64,000 nucleotides of DNA from NCBI GenBank assembly GCA_031409275.1, contig JANNXA010000018.1, forward strand, positions 59,339 through 123,338, given 5' to 3'. A model generated the notes under the pieces. It saw nothing but the letters and a program-made list of their open reading frames with translations. It was not told where the DNA came from and did not search any database. Both the position numbers and the translations under genes were made by a program. Of this stretch, positions 9,345-19,555 are shown piece after piece (position 1 is the first letter of the stretch; each line of letters begins with the position of its first letter). This stretch comes from Planctomycetota bacterium. GTDB lineage: Bacteria; Planctomycetota; B15-G4; SIAN01.

Positions 9345-10064
9345 TCACGCCGCGGGGAGGCGAGTCCCTTTGCGCACCAGCACTTCCGAGCCATCGGCGA
9401 TGAACGCGGAACTGGGCGTGCCGCGCAGGAACGGCGCGAATGGAGCTCCGTAGAGCGCTGCGACGTCGACGTCGAGCTCGCACGCGGTGGCGCGCCAGAC
9501 GTTCCAGCGCGGATGCTCGACCTGGTATTCGTTGGTCGAGCCGTCGCGCTGCTGCGCGTAGCCCCAGTAGTGCTCGGTGATGAACTCCTCTTCGGAACCC
9601 GGGAGCGCGGGACTCGGCGCGCCTTCCGAAGTGGCGCTGACGCGATCCCAGCGGCCGCGATGGCGCCACGCGAAGCTCGTCCTGCCGGGCAGCGCGACCT
9701 CGTGGCGCATCGGCAGCGCGACGTAGTGCTCGCCGTAGAGCGTGTTGGCGAGCCAGGCGATCGCGCGTCGCGGGACGATCTCCTTGACGAAGACGACCGC
9801 GCGGCGCACTTCACCCGCGACCTCGCGCCGCACGTAGAAGCGCAAGTTCACTTCATCGAAGTCGGAGTGGAAGGGCACCCGTACGCCCAAGACGCGCGTG
9901 TCGAGGAAGCGGAATCCGACGACGCTCGCGAGCGTGCGGCCGTGCCAGGAGTCGAGCTCGGTCCCCGCCGGAACCAGCGGTGCCATCAGGCGCGAGTCGA
10001 CCTCGTAGTTCAGCATCACCAGCGCGCGCCACGCCGCGGAGAGGAAGACCGGGCGAGTCGCCAT
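9345..10064 (-). CDS. DUF2071/YqjF-family protein
   Basis: FLSAAWRALVMLNYEVD, FDEVNLRFYV, FITEHYWGY, YQVEHPRW, SAFIADGS. Confidence 0.85.
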   Translation of the reverse strand: MATRPVFLSAAWRALVMLNYEVDSRLMAPLVPAGTELDSWHGRTLASVVGFRFLDTRVLGVRVPFHSDFDEVNLRFYVRREVAGEVRRAVVFVKEIVPRRAIAWLANTLYGEHYVALPMRHEVALPGRTSFAWRHRGRWDRVSATSEGAPSPALPGSEEEFITEHYWGYAQQRDGSTNEYQVEHPRWNVWRATACELDVDVAALYGAPFAPFLRGTPSSAFIADGSEVLVRKGTRLPAA

Positions 10065-10108
10065 CGCATGCTCCATCGCGCCGCGGGACGCTCGCTGCAG
10101 GTTGTCGA

Positions 10109-11503
<1,395 letters not shown>

Positions 11504-11522
11504 GCGCGGCTCCGGGTCGAGG

Positions 11523-11975
11523 TCATGAGGTGGGCGTCCGCGCCATGCCGAGCAGGGTCGCGGCGACGGCGGCCGCGGCGGCGCTGTCGGAGGTGATGAC
11601 GAGGATGGTGTCGTCGCCCGCAAGCGACGCGAGGATGCCGGCGACCGGTTCGCGGTCGAGCACGACGGCGAGCGCGCCGGCGTGGCCAGGCGCGGTCTTC
11701 AACACGACGAGGTTCTGCGCCGGGATGGCCGAGAGCAGGAACTCGGCGAGAGCGGTGGGGAGTTTGCGCGCGGGCGAAGTTGCCGTCGCGTCCGGCGGGA
11801 GCTGGTAGCCCTTCGCGCCCTTCACCAGAAGAAGTTCGCGCAGATCGCGAGAGAGCGTCGACTGGTTCACTTCGAAGCCGTGCAGCCGCAACAGCGCGCG
11901 CAGCTGTTCCTGATTGGCGACACCGCCGGCGCGAACCAGCTCCACGATCTTCGAATGGCGCAGCGCCTTGCTCAT
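11523..11975 (-). CDS. argR: Arginine repressor
   Basis: NQEQL, VNQSTLSRDLREL, VVLKTAPGHAG, LAGDDTILVI. Confidence 0.93.
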   Translation of the reverse strand: MSKALRHSKIVELVRAGGVANQEQLRALLRLHGFEVNQSTLSRDLRELLLVKGAKGYQLPPDATATSPARKLPTALAEFLLSAIPAQNLVVLKTAPGHAGALAVVLDREPVAGILASLAGDDTILVITSDSAAAAAVAATLLGMARTPTS

Positions 11976-12117
11976 CGGGCGGAAGAGTTTGGCGCGAAGG
12001 GCACCGCGGTTCCACGGGCAGGACGCCGCTCGCCGAGTCCGCCACGGCCCGGAGTTCGCCTCGCGAAGCGGCGGGCGGCTATGTTCCTGCGCCCGATCCC
12101 GATCCCGGAGCGCGAAC

Positions 12118-13149
12118 GTGAGCGACCCTGCGAGCAATGGTCACGGCCTCGAACTCGAGACGCTCGGCGCGGCGCCGGCGGCTGGGACCACCGGTCCGAA
12201 GATGCTGGTGCCGCTCTTCCTCGTCCCGCTCCTGATCGTGGCGGTCATCGTCGCGATCTTCATCGGGGTCGGTTCCGTGGTGGGAACCGAGAAGACCGTC
12301 GAGGAGTGGATCGCCGAGGTGGAAACCGGCGGTGTCAACGAGCGCTGGCAGGCGGCAGCGAATCTGACCGACGTCGCGCTGAAGCACCCGGAGACGCTGG
12401 CGACGCCCGAGATCCGCCGCCGTTTGCGCGACCTCTTCACGGTTGCGGGGCCGGAGGACACCCGGATCCGGCAGTGGGTGGCGGAGATCTGGAGCGCGGT
12501 CGGAGATGCTGAATCCGCACCGATGATCGTCGACGGTATCGCTCGGATGAAGGAAGTGCTGGAAACGCCCGAAGGCAGGTCCGGTCCTTCGGCGGAGCCG
12601 GCGCTACGCGAACTCATCAACTACGTGCGTGCCTTGGCGAGGGTCGGAAAGAGCACGGATGTTGCGGCGGTTCTTAGCGTCGCGACTGACCCTGACCTAG
12701 GGGTGCGGATGGCGGTTGCAGAAGCGCTGGGCTTCATGGCGCGGAAATCGATCTCCGAGGGTGGAGCGCCTTCGCCGGAGCTCGTCGAGGCACTCGTTCG
12801 TCTGCACGGCGATGCCGACGTCTGGGTTCGCATGAACGCGGCGCTCTCCTTGGCAAAGGGCGGGCGGCTCGAAGGCATGCCGACGCTCGAGACGATGCTC
12901 GATCGCGCGTGGCTCAAGTCGCAAGGATTGAGCTTCCCGGACGATGGCCACTACTCGGTTGCGCAGTTCGATCCGGCCGTCTCTCCCATCGTCTCCGCGC
13001 TCGTCGCGATCGAGGCGCTCTGGTCGCTGTCGCCGATCGAAGGCGCCAACCTCAACTCGTTGCGCGCCGCCGTCGCGACCGCTTTGAACGACCCGAATCC
13101 GCAGGTGCAGCAGCGTGCGAAGGAGTTGCTGAAGAAGGTCGGTGGCTGA
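12118..13149 (+). CDS. Membrane-anchored HEAT-repeat protein heading the respiratory cluster
   Basis: GTG after GGAG; N-terminal TM helix (LFLVPLLIVAVIVAIF); HEAT repeats DPDLGVRMAVAEALG, DADVWVRMNAALSLA, DPNPQVQQRA. Confidence 0.8.
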   Translation: MSDPASNGHGLELETLGAAPAAGTTGPKMLVPLFLVPLLIVAVIVAIFIGVGSVVGTEKTVEEWIAEVETGGVNERWQAAANLTDVALKHPETLATPEIRRRLRDLFTVAGPEDTRIRQWVAEIWSAVGDAESAPMIVDGIARMKEVLETPEGRSGPSAEPALRELINYVRALARVGKSTDVAAVLSVATDPDLGVRMAVAEALGFMARKSISEGGAPSPELVEALVRLHGDADVWVRMNAALSLAKGGRLEGMPTLETMLDRAWLKSQGLSFPDDGHYSVAQFDPAVSPIVSALVAIEALWSLSPIEGANLNSLRAAVATALNDPNPQVQQRAKELLKKVGG

Positions 13150-13357
13150 GTCGACGCGCGCGTAGAAAGTCGCGCGAGCCGCAGCTTTTCGCCTCGTTGC
13201 GACGCTTCCGCGTGCTCAGTATTGTCCGCCGCTTCTTCCCGGGCCAAGGAATGAGAGAGCGAGCGTCGCCGCGCGTCGATGGAACGCGCTTCGCCGTGCA
13301 GCTTGCGCTCGTCTCGTTCCAGTCGTCGGCCCGGTGAGATGAGGCCAGGAGAGCTCG

Positions 13358-14119
13358 ATGGCAGACGCTCCAGACAAACCGACGCCCTCCGCCGCGCCTG
13401 CGCCGGCCGCAGCGGCGGCACCGGCTGCAGCACCGGCGGCAGCACCGGCGGCAGCACCGGCGGCAGCACCGGCGGCAGCACCGGCCGCAGGCCCAGCGGC
13501 AGCGCCGGCCGCAGGCCCAGCGGCAGCGCCGGCGGCAGCCCCAGCGGCCGCCAAGCCCGCAGCGGTCGCGACTGCGCCGGCGGCTGCGAAGCCCGCTGCG
13601 CCGCGGCCCAAGGTTCAGCTCGTGTGGGAGCCAAAGGAGCTTCATCGCCGCGACTGGATGCTGATCGCGAGTTGGAGTCTCTTCGCGGTTTCGTCCGTCG
13701 TCGGCACGCTCTTCTACGTGCTGCGTTTCCTCTTCCCGAACGTGACGTACGAACCGCCGTTGCAGTTCAAGGCGGGTCTGCCCACCGAGTTCGCGCCGGG
13801 CCGCGTCGACGAGCGCTACAAGGCGGCGTTTGGCACCTGGGTCGTTCGCAACGAACTCGGGGTCTACGCGCTGTCGACGACCTGCACGCATCTCGGCTGC
13901 ACGCCGAACTGGCTCGAGGGCGAGCAGAAGTTCAAGTGCCCGTGCCACGGCTCGGGCTTCCGCAAGACAGGAATCAACTTCGAAGGCCCGGCGCCGCGTC
14001 CGCTCGAGCGCTACCGGATCGGCCTCGCCGACGACGGCCAGGTGCAGATCGACAAGAGCGTGAAGTTCCAGGGCGAGAAGGGCGAGTGGGCGAACCCGGA
14101 GTCGTTCCTCTACGTGTGA
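13358..14119 (+). CDS. Rieske 2Fe-2S subunit of a Rieske/cytochrome b complex
   Basis: CTHLGC and CPCHGS boxes, GPAPRPL, twin-Arg RRDW followed by a TM helix; Ala/Pro-rich N-terminus. Confidence 0.95.
   Translation: MADAPDKPTPSAAPAPAAAAAPAAAPAAAPAAAPAAAPAAAPAAGPAAAPAAGPAAAPAAAPAAAKPAAVATAPAAAKPAAPRPKVQLVWEPKELHRRDWMLIASWSLFAVSSVVGTLFYVLRFLFPNVTYEPPLQFKAGLPTEFAPGRVDERYKAAFGTWVVRNELGVYALSTTCTHLGCTPNWLEGEQKFKCPCHGSGFRKTGINFEGPAPRPLERYRIGLADDGQVQIDKSVKFQGEKGEWANPESFLYV
13415..13550 (+). repeat. Intragenic 12-bp tandem repeat (GCAGCACCGGCG) encoding AAAP units
   Basis: About five near-exact copies at 13427-13486 with degenerate flanking copies. Confidence 0.85.
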
Positions 14120-14175
14120 TCGACTCGTAGGCGTCGCGCGGCGATCGCCGTGGACGCCATTGCAGGAGGGCCGAG

Positions 14176-15111
14176 ATGGCCGACCAGACCCCGCAACCGC
14201 CAAGCAGCGGCGGAACGCCGAATCCTCCGACACCGGTCCCGCCGGCCGCGGCTCCCGCCGCCGTCGCTGCGGCAAAGCCGGCCGCGAAGAAGGACGACGT
14301 TCGCATCGCGCCGCCGCAGAAGACCTACGTGCCGCGGCCGGGCCTGATGGACCAGATCAAGGACAGCCAGATCTGGCGCTCGGTCTTCCGTCACGGCTAC
14401 CCGAACACGGTGCGCAACCGGTCGCTGGCCGTGTTGTCGAACGTCTTCCTGCACCTTCACCCGGTGAACGTGCGGACCTCGGGCCTGCGCCTGTCGTTCA
14501 CGTGGTGCATGGGCGGGCTGACCTTCTTCCTCTTCCTGGTCGAGGTCATCACCGGCGTCCTGCTGATGTTCTATTACCGGCCCACCGGCGAGTACGCGTA
14601 TCGCGACATCATCGCGATGGCCGAGCACGTGCCGATGGGGATCATGCGCGAGATCCATCGTTGGTCGGCGCATGCCATGGTGATCACGGTCTGGTTGCAC
14701 ATGTTCCGCGTGTTCATGACCGGCTCGTACAAACCGCCGCGCGAGTTCAACTGGAACATCGGCGTGATCCTGCTCGTGCTGACCCTGCTGCTGTCGTTCA
14801 CCGGCTACCTGCTGCCGTGGGATCAGCTCGCGATCTGGGCCATCACCGTCGGCTCGAACATGGCGCGCGCGACGCCGATCGCCGGTTACGAGGGGCCGCT
14901 CTCGTCGTTGATCACGATCGACGACGTGAAGCTGGTCCACTCGGGCGACGACATGCGCTTCGCGCTGTTGGGTGGGCGATTCGTCGGCGAAGCGACGTTG
15001 CTGCGCTTCTACGTGCTCCACTGCATCTTCATCCCGCTGGTCGCCACCATCTTGATGGCGGTCCACTTCTGGCGCATCCGCAAGGACGGCGGGATCTCGG
15101 GGCCGCTGTGA
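14176..15111 (+). CDS. Cytochrome b6-like subunit (N-terminal half of a split cytochrome b)
   Basis: WCMGG (heme ci Cys position), HRWSAH...LHMFRVF, PREFNW, TGYLLPWDQ, LH-x14-H spacing, C-terminal GISGPL. Confidence 0.95.
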   Translation: MADQTPQPPSSGGTPNPPTPVPPAAAPAAVAAAKPAAKKDDVRIAPPQKTYVPRPGLMDQIKDSQIWRSVFRHGYPNTVRNRSLAVLSNVFLHLHPVNVRTSGLRLSFTWCMGGLTFFLFLVEVITGVLLMFYYRPTGEYAYRDIIAMAEHVPMGIMREIHRWSAHAMVITVWLHMFRVFMTGSYKPPREFNWNIGVILLVLTLLLSFTGYLLPWDQLAIWAITVGSNMARATPIAGYEGPLSSLITIDDVKLVHSGDDMRFALLGGRFVGEATLLRFYVLHCIFIPLVATILMAVHFWRIRKDGGISGPL

Positions 15112-15124
15112 GGAGGACACGGGC

Positions 15125-16195
15125 TTGAAGGACTTCTTCAACGCGCTCGCGAACCCGAGCTACTTCTTCGCGATCTTCACGATCTCCGTCTTCGCGATGC
15201 TCAAGTGGCGCGAGTTCTTCACTGCGCCGAAGGTCGCGCTGTCGATCTTCGTGGCGGCGGTGATCTTCTTCGTCTGGGCGGTCCGCGACCCGGGCTTCGC
15301 CGCGAACATCAGCAAGCCGGACAACATCCCGATCATCTTCATGCTGTTCCTGGTCGGGTACTTCTCGTGGCTGTCGCTCTATCGGGCGGTGCGCAACGAT
15401 CGGCGCATCGACCGCGGCGAGTTGCCGGAGGAGGCGGTCGAGAGTCCGAAGAAGGTGCTGACCTGGCCCGACCTCGTCTACAGCGAGTTCGTCTGCATGC
15501 TGATCGGGACGGCGGTGCTCCTGATCTGGGCGCTCGTGCTGAAGGCCCCGCTCGAAGAGCCGGCCAATCCGAACAAGACGCCGAACCCGTCCAAGGCACC
15601 TTGGTACTTCCTCGGCCTGCAGGAAATGCTGGTCTATTTCGATCCGTGGCTCGCCGGCGTGATCCTGCCCGGCCTGATCGTGAACGGCCTCATGGCCATT
15701 CCGTACGTCGACACCAATCCGAAGGGCAACGGCTACTACACCTTCAAGGAACGACCGTTCGCGATCACGTCGTTCTTCTTCGGATTCGTCGTGCTGTGGG
15801 TCTCGATGATCGTGCTGATGACCTTCCTGCGCGGCCCGAACCAGGCGTTCTTCGGCCCCTTCGAGCCGTGGAACCTGCACAAGGTCGAGCCGACCGTGAA
15901 CATCCAGTTCAGCCAGATCTTCTGGGAGCAGTGGCTCGGCACGAGTCGCCCGGTCGGCTGGTTCGTCCGCGAGTTGCCCGGCATCGCCTTGGTGGTCGGC
16001 TACCTCGCCGTGACGCCGATCCTGCTGGCGAAGACCGTGTGCAAGAAGCTGGTCGTCCAGATGGGCAACGCACGCTACCTGACGATGATGATCATGTTCC
16101 TCATCATGGTCGCGATGCCCATCAAGATGGTGTTGCGTTGGGTGTTCAACTTGCAGTTCATCGTCAACATCCAAGAACTCTTCCTGAACATCTGA
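15125..16195 (+). CDS. Subunit IV-like C-terminal half of split cytochrome b, with extra TM helices
   Basis: TTG after GAGGAGG; WPDL, APLEEPANP..TPNPSKAPWYFLGLQE (PEWY-equivalent), IPYVD..ERP. Confidence 0.9.
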   Translation: MKDFFNALANPSYFFAIFTISVFAMLKWREFFTAPKVALSIFVAAVIFFVWAVRDPGFAANISKPDNIPIIFMLFLVGYFSWLSLYRAVRNDRRIDRGELPEEAVESPKKVLTWPDLVYSEFVCMLIGTAVLLIWALVLKAPLEEPANPNKTPNPSKAPWYFLGLQEMLVYFDPWLAGVILPGLIVNGLMAIPYVDTNPKGNGYYTFKERPFAITSFFFGFVVLWVSMIVLMTFLRGPNQAFFGPFEPWNLHKVEPTVNIQFSQIFWEQWLGTSRPVGWFVRELPGIALVVGYLAVTPILLAKTVCKKLVVQMGNARYLTMMIMFLIMVAMPIKMVLRWVFNLQFIVNIQELFLNI

Positions 16196-16259
16196 GCTCG
16201 GACAGCGCGGGAACCAGGCCTCAAAGCGCCGACCAAGCGCAACGACCAGGAGCGGGAAC

Positions 16260-19200
16260 GTGGCGGACGAGGGCATCAGGGACGCAGGCGCGACCTTCTT
16301 CAACCTGAAGGCGATGAACCGTTGGTTCTTCGCGTCGGTGGCCGTTCTCACGGTCGCCTACTTCTGGTCGGTCGTGCAAGACCATGACCGCGAGTTCAAG
16401 TCGTACCAGGGCCGCTTCTTCGAGATGGAGCGGCAGCTCTCGGTGCAACAGGGCAACGCGGCCTTCAACGCAGCGGGCGGCGCGACGACGATCGGCGATG
16501 GCGCCGGCAACCCGGGCGAGCTTCGCGAGGAGATCGTGCGCCTTCAGGGGATGCTCGCGGCCGACCACGACAAGCGCCCCGAGCTCGCGCTGAAGCTCCA
16601 TGACACGCAGTTCCACTTCGACGTGAAGAACGCCGAGATGAAGATGGCGAAGGCCGTCTTCGAGGCCGAGCGCTTCATCTACGAGGAACTCGCTCACCAC
16701 CTGAATGAGCACGCTCTCGAAGCGCCGCACAGCGAAGAGGCGAAGGTCGCGTACGAGAAGTACAAGGACCTGAAGCGGAAGTACGAGGAGCTCGACGAGG
16801 CCAACAAGCAGGCGGAGGCCGCTCGCGACGCCGCTCGCGACGAGCTCGCCCGTCTCGATGCCCTCGCCGGCGACGTGGCGGTCAAGCTCGAGGTGGCGGA
16901 GCGCGAGGTCGGGCGCCTCGAGAAGCGTGCCGATTCGCTTGACTCCGAGCGGCTCTTCACGAAGTTCCGCAACTCGATCTTCTTCAGCTTCATGTCGCCG
17001 ACGCTGGCGCCCAAGAAGATCGTCGTGCCCGAGATCTTCGACGACCTGAACTTCCTGTCGGTCCCGAAGGTCGACATGTGCATCTCGTGCCATCTGGCGA
17101 CCGACCGTTTCAAGGACTACCCCGCCGGCAATTCGCACGTCACCTTCGGCGACGAGAAGAACGCGCTGCAGAACGAGGACGACTCGGCGGCGTTCCGCTC
17201 TCACAGCAAACCCGAGCTCTTCTGCACGTCACTTTCGCCGCACGGACAGGAGCGCTTCGGCTGCTCCGGGTGCCACGGCGGCGGCAACCAGCGCGCGAAC
17301 TTCAAGCAGACGTGGCACACGCCGACTGACGCGCATGAGCGCGAGGTGTGGGAGGACGAACTCCATTGGCACCCGGTGCATGAGTGGGAATACCCCATGC
17401 TCGGTTCCAAGTTCCTCGACGCGTCGTGCTACAAGTGCCACCAGCAGGAAGTGCACATCCAGGGTGCGCCGACGTGGAACCGCGGTCGCGATCTCGTCGC
17501 GAAGCTCGGCTGCTTCGGCTGCCACAAGATGGCGCCGTTCGACGGCGCTCGCCGCGTCGGACCGCCGCTCGGCCATGTCGCCACCAAGTTCTCCGACCTC
17601 GACTTCATGCTGAAGTGGGTCGATGAACCGGCGTCGTTCCGTCCCTCGACGCGCATGCCGGCCTTCTTCCATCGCGAGAATCGCGCGATGGAGCCGGGCC
17701 GTGATGCCGCCGAGATCACCGCGCTCGTCGCCTACCTCTACAACCTCTCGTCGCCGCAGGCGCTGAAGAGCTACCCGGGCAATGGCGACGCGGCGAAGGG
17801 CAAGCAGCTCTTCGGCGAGTCCGGCGGCGTCGGCTGCATGGGTTGCCACGGCATCGACGACTTCCCGGAAGAGGTCAACGATCGGGTGGCCAAGCTCGAC
17901 GCCCTGCGCCACGGTCCGGAGCTCTCCGGAATCGGCAGCAAGGTCACGCCGGACTGGCTCTTCACCTGGCTCCTCGATCCCAAGAGCCTGTGGCCGCAGA
18001 CCAACATGCCGAACCTCCGGCTCACCGAGCAGGAAGCGGCGGACCTGGTCGCCTACCTGATGACGAAGCGCAACGTCGCCTTCGAGCAGCAGGTCTTCGA
18101 GAAGCCGGCCGATGACGCGCCCTTCGAGCAGATCCTCCTGGAGAAGCTCACCGAGCGAATGACCGAGGCGCGCGCCACTCTCGATATCTCGGCGATGAGC
18201 GGCCTCGAGAAGCGACGCAAGGCGGGCGAGTACCTGCTCAATCACTACGGCTGCTTCGGCTGCCATGACATTCCGGGCTACGAGGATTCGAAGCCCATCG
18301 GTGCCGAGCTGAACGGCTGGGGCAGCAAGCATCCCGATCGCCTCGACTTCGGCATGGTCGAGTTCGAGTGGAAGAACCCCGAAGTCGGCAAGTTCAACCG
18401 CGAGAGCTGGATCGATCAGAAACTGAAGAACACCCGCTTCTACGATCGCGGCAAGGACAAGAAGCCGTTCGAGAAGCTGAAGATGCCGCAGTTCTCCCAG
18501 CTGATGGAGGGCGTGCCGGACGGCGATCGTGACGCGGTGATGACCTTCGTGTTGTCGCTGGTGAAGGACAACACGGCGGAGTCGATCAAGCGGCACCTGA
18601 CGCCGGACGAGGCGGCGGTGGAGCGCGGCGCGAAGCTCGTTCGCGAGAAGAACTGCGTTGGCTGCCATCTGCTCTACGGCGAGGGTGGCGAGATTCGCCA
18701 CTTCCAGTTCGGCGAGGCGGGCAAGGCGTTCTATCCGCCGATCCTCGATGGGCAGGGCGCGCGCACGCAGCCAGAGTGGCTGACGCACTTCCTCGCCGAT
18801 CCGGTGTTCGGCAAGGGTGCCGGTGCGAAGGCGCATCTGCGTCCTTGGATGAAGGCGCGCATGCCGACGTTCGGCTTCGACCAGTCGCAGCTGAACGACA
18901 TCGTGGCCTACTTCGCGCACGAGAAGGTCTGGCACACCTCCACCGATCGAACCCTGTGGGACTCGATCGCCACGAAGTTCCGCAAGGACTTCCTGGGCTA
19001 CGAGGAGGCGCAGCTGCGCAAGGCCGACCACACCAAGGTCAAGCTCTTCCACGACCTGGTCGCGCGCACCTACGAGAAGCAGGGCGGCGGCTTCGTCTTC
19101 AAGTCGGACTACCCGTACATGGAGAAGCCGGCCGAGCTGGCCGGCGGCGATCTCGACAAGGCGCGCAATCTCTTCGAGAAGTTGCAGTGCGTCCTCTGCC

Positions 19201-19499
19201 ACATGCCGGGCGGCGTCGTCCCGACGGGCAAGTCGGCCGCGGACATGGCGCCGGACCTGAGCTACGCCAGGGAGCGCCTGTCGCCGAGCTGGGTGCGCCA
19301 CTGGCTCGAAGTTCCCGAGGTCTACCAGCCGGGCACGCGCATGCCGCCGTTCTGGAAGGTGGAGGGCGGCGTCCGGCCGAGCGTCGATCCCGACATCAAC
19401 GACCCCGAACGCGAGATGTCGCTGTTGCGCGACTACCTTTTCTCCTCGCAGTTTGCTGCCGACTACGAGCGCGTCGCCAAGAAGGCGCGGGGCGAGTGA
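16260..19499 (+). CDS. Large membrane-anchored multiheme cytochrome c (8 CxxCH)
   Basis: CISCH, CSGCH, CYKCH, CFGCH, CMGCH, CFGCH, CVGCH, CVLCH; N-terminal TM followed by a long coiled-coil; repeated GP/AP-xL...MP class I modules. Confidence 0.93.
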   Translation: MADEGIRDAGATFFNLKAMNRWFFASVAVLTVAYFWSVVQDHDREFKSYQGRFFEMERQLSVQQGNAAFNAAGGATTIGDGAGNPGELREEIVRLQGMLAADHDKRPELALKLHDTQFHFDVKNAEMKMAKAVFEAERFIYEELAHHLNEHALEAPHSEEAKVAYEKYKDLKRKYEELDEANKQAEAARDAARDELARLDALAGDVAVKLEVAEREVGRLEKRADSLDSERLFTKFRNSIFFSFMSPTLAPKKIVVPEIFDDLNFLSVPKVDMCISCHLATDRFKDYPAGNSHVTFGDEKNALQNEDDSAAFRSHSKPELFCTSLSPHGQERFGCSGCHGGGNQRANFKQTWHTPTDAHEREVWEDELHWHPVHEWEYPMLGSKFLDASCYKCHQQEVHIQGAPTWNRGRDLVAKLGCFGCHKMAPFDGARRVGPPLGHVATKFSDLDFMLKWVDEPASFRPSTRMPAFFHRENRAMEPGRDAAEITALVAYLYNLSSPQALKSYPGNGDAAKGKQLFGESGGVGCMGCHGIDDFPEEVNDRVAKLDALRHGPELSGIGSKVTPDWLFTWLLDPKSLWPQTNMPNLRLTEQEAADLVAYLMTKRNVAFEQQVFEKPADDAPFEQILLEKLTERMTEARATLDISAMSGLEKRRKAGEYLLNHYGCFGCHDIPGYEDSKPIGAELNGWGSKHPDRLDFGMVEFEWKNPEVGKFNRESWIDQKLKNTRFYDRGKDKKPFEKLKMPQFSQLMEGVPDGDRDAVMTFVLSLVKDNTAESIKRHLTPDEAAVERGAKLVREKNCVGCHLLYGEGGEIRHFQFGEAGKAFYPPILDGQGARTQPEWLTHFLADPVFGKGAGAKAHLRPWMKARMPTFGFDQSQLNDIVAYFAHEKVWHTSTDRTLWDSIATKFRKDFLGYEEAQLRKADHTKVKLFHDLVARTYEKQGGGFVFKSDYPYMEKPAELAGGDLDKARNLFEKLQCVLCHMPGGVVPTGKSAADMAPDLSYARERLSPSWVRHWLEVPEVYQPGTRMPPFWKVEGGVRPSVDPDINDPEREMSLLRDYLFSSQFAADYERVAKKARGE

Positions 19500-19511
19500 T
19501 TTGCGGAGTGA

Positions 19512-19534
19512 TTGAGATCTGAATCAGATCTCAA
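19512..19534. promoter_or_regulatory. Perfect 11-bp inverted repeat TTGAGATCTGA-A-TCAGATCTCAA, candidate operator or RNA hairpin
   Basis: AT-rich palindrome in the short gap between the cytochrome c gene and the oxidase sub-cluster. Confidence 0.55.
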
Positions 19535-19555
19535 CTCCACGTGAGGAACCGAACC

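Noticed and set aside
11976..12117. ARG boxes upstream of argR
   Set aside because: No AT-rich TGAAT..ATTCA-like palindromes are visible.
12500..12800. Foreign insertion inside the HEAT gene (slightly atypical codons)
   Set aside because: The frame and HEAT periodicity are intact, and there are no boundary repeats.
13358..19499. Alternative complex III or anammox-type complex
   Set aside because: No molybdopterin-like ActB or NrfD-like subunits and no fused NAD(P) oxidoreductase; this is a Rieske/cytochrome b complex.
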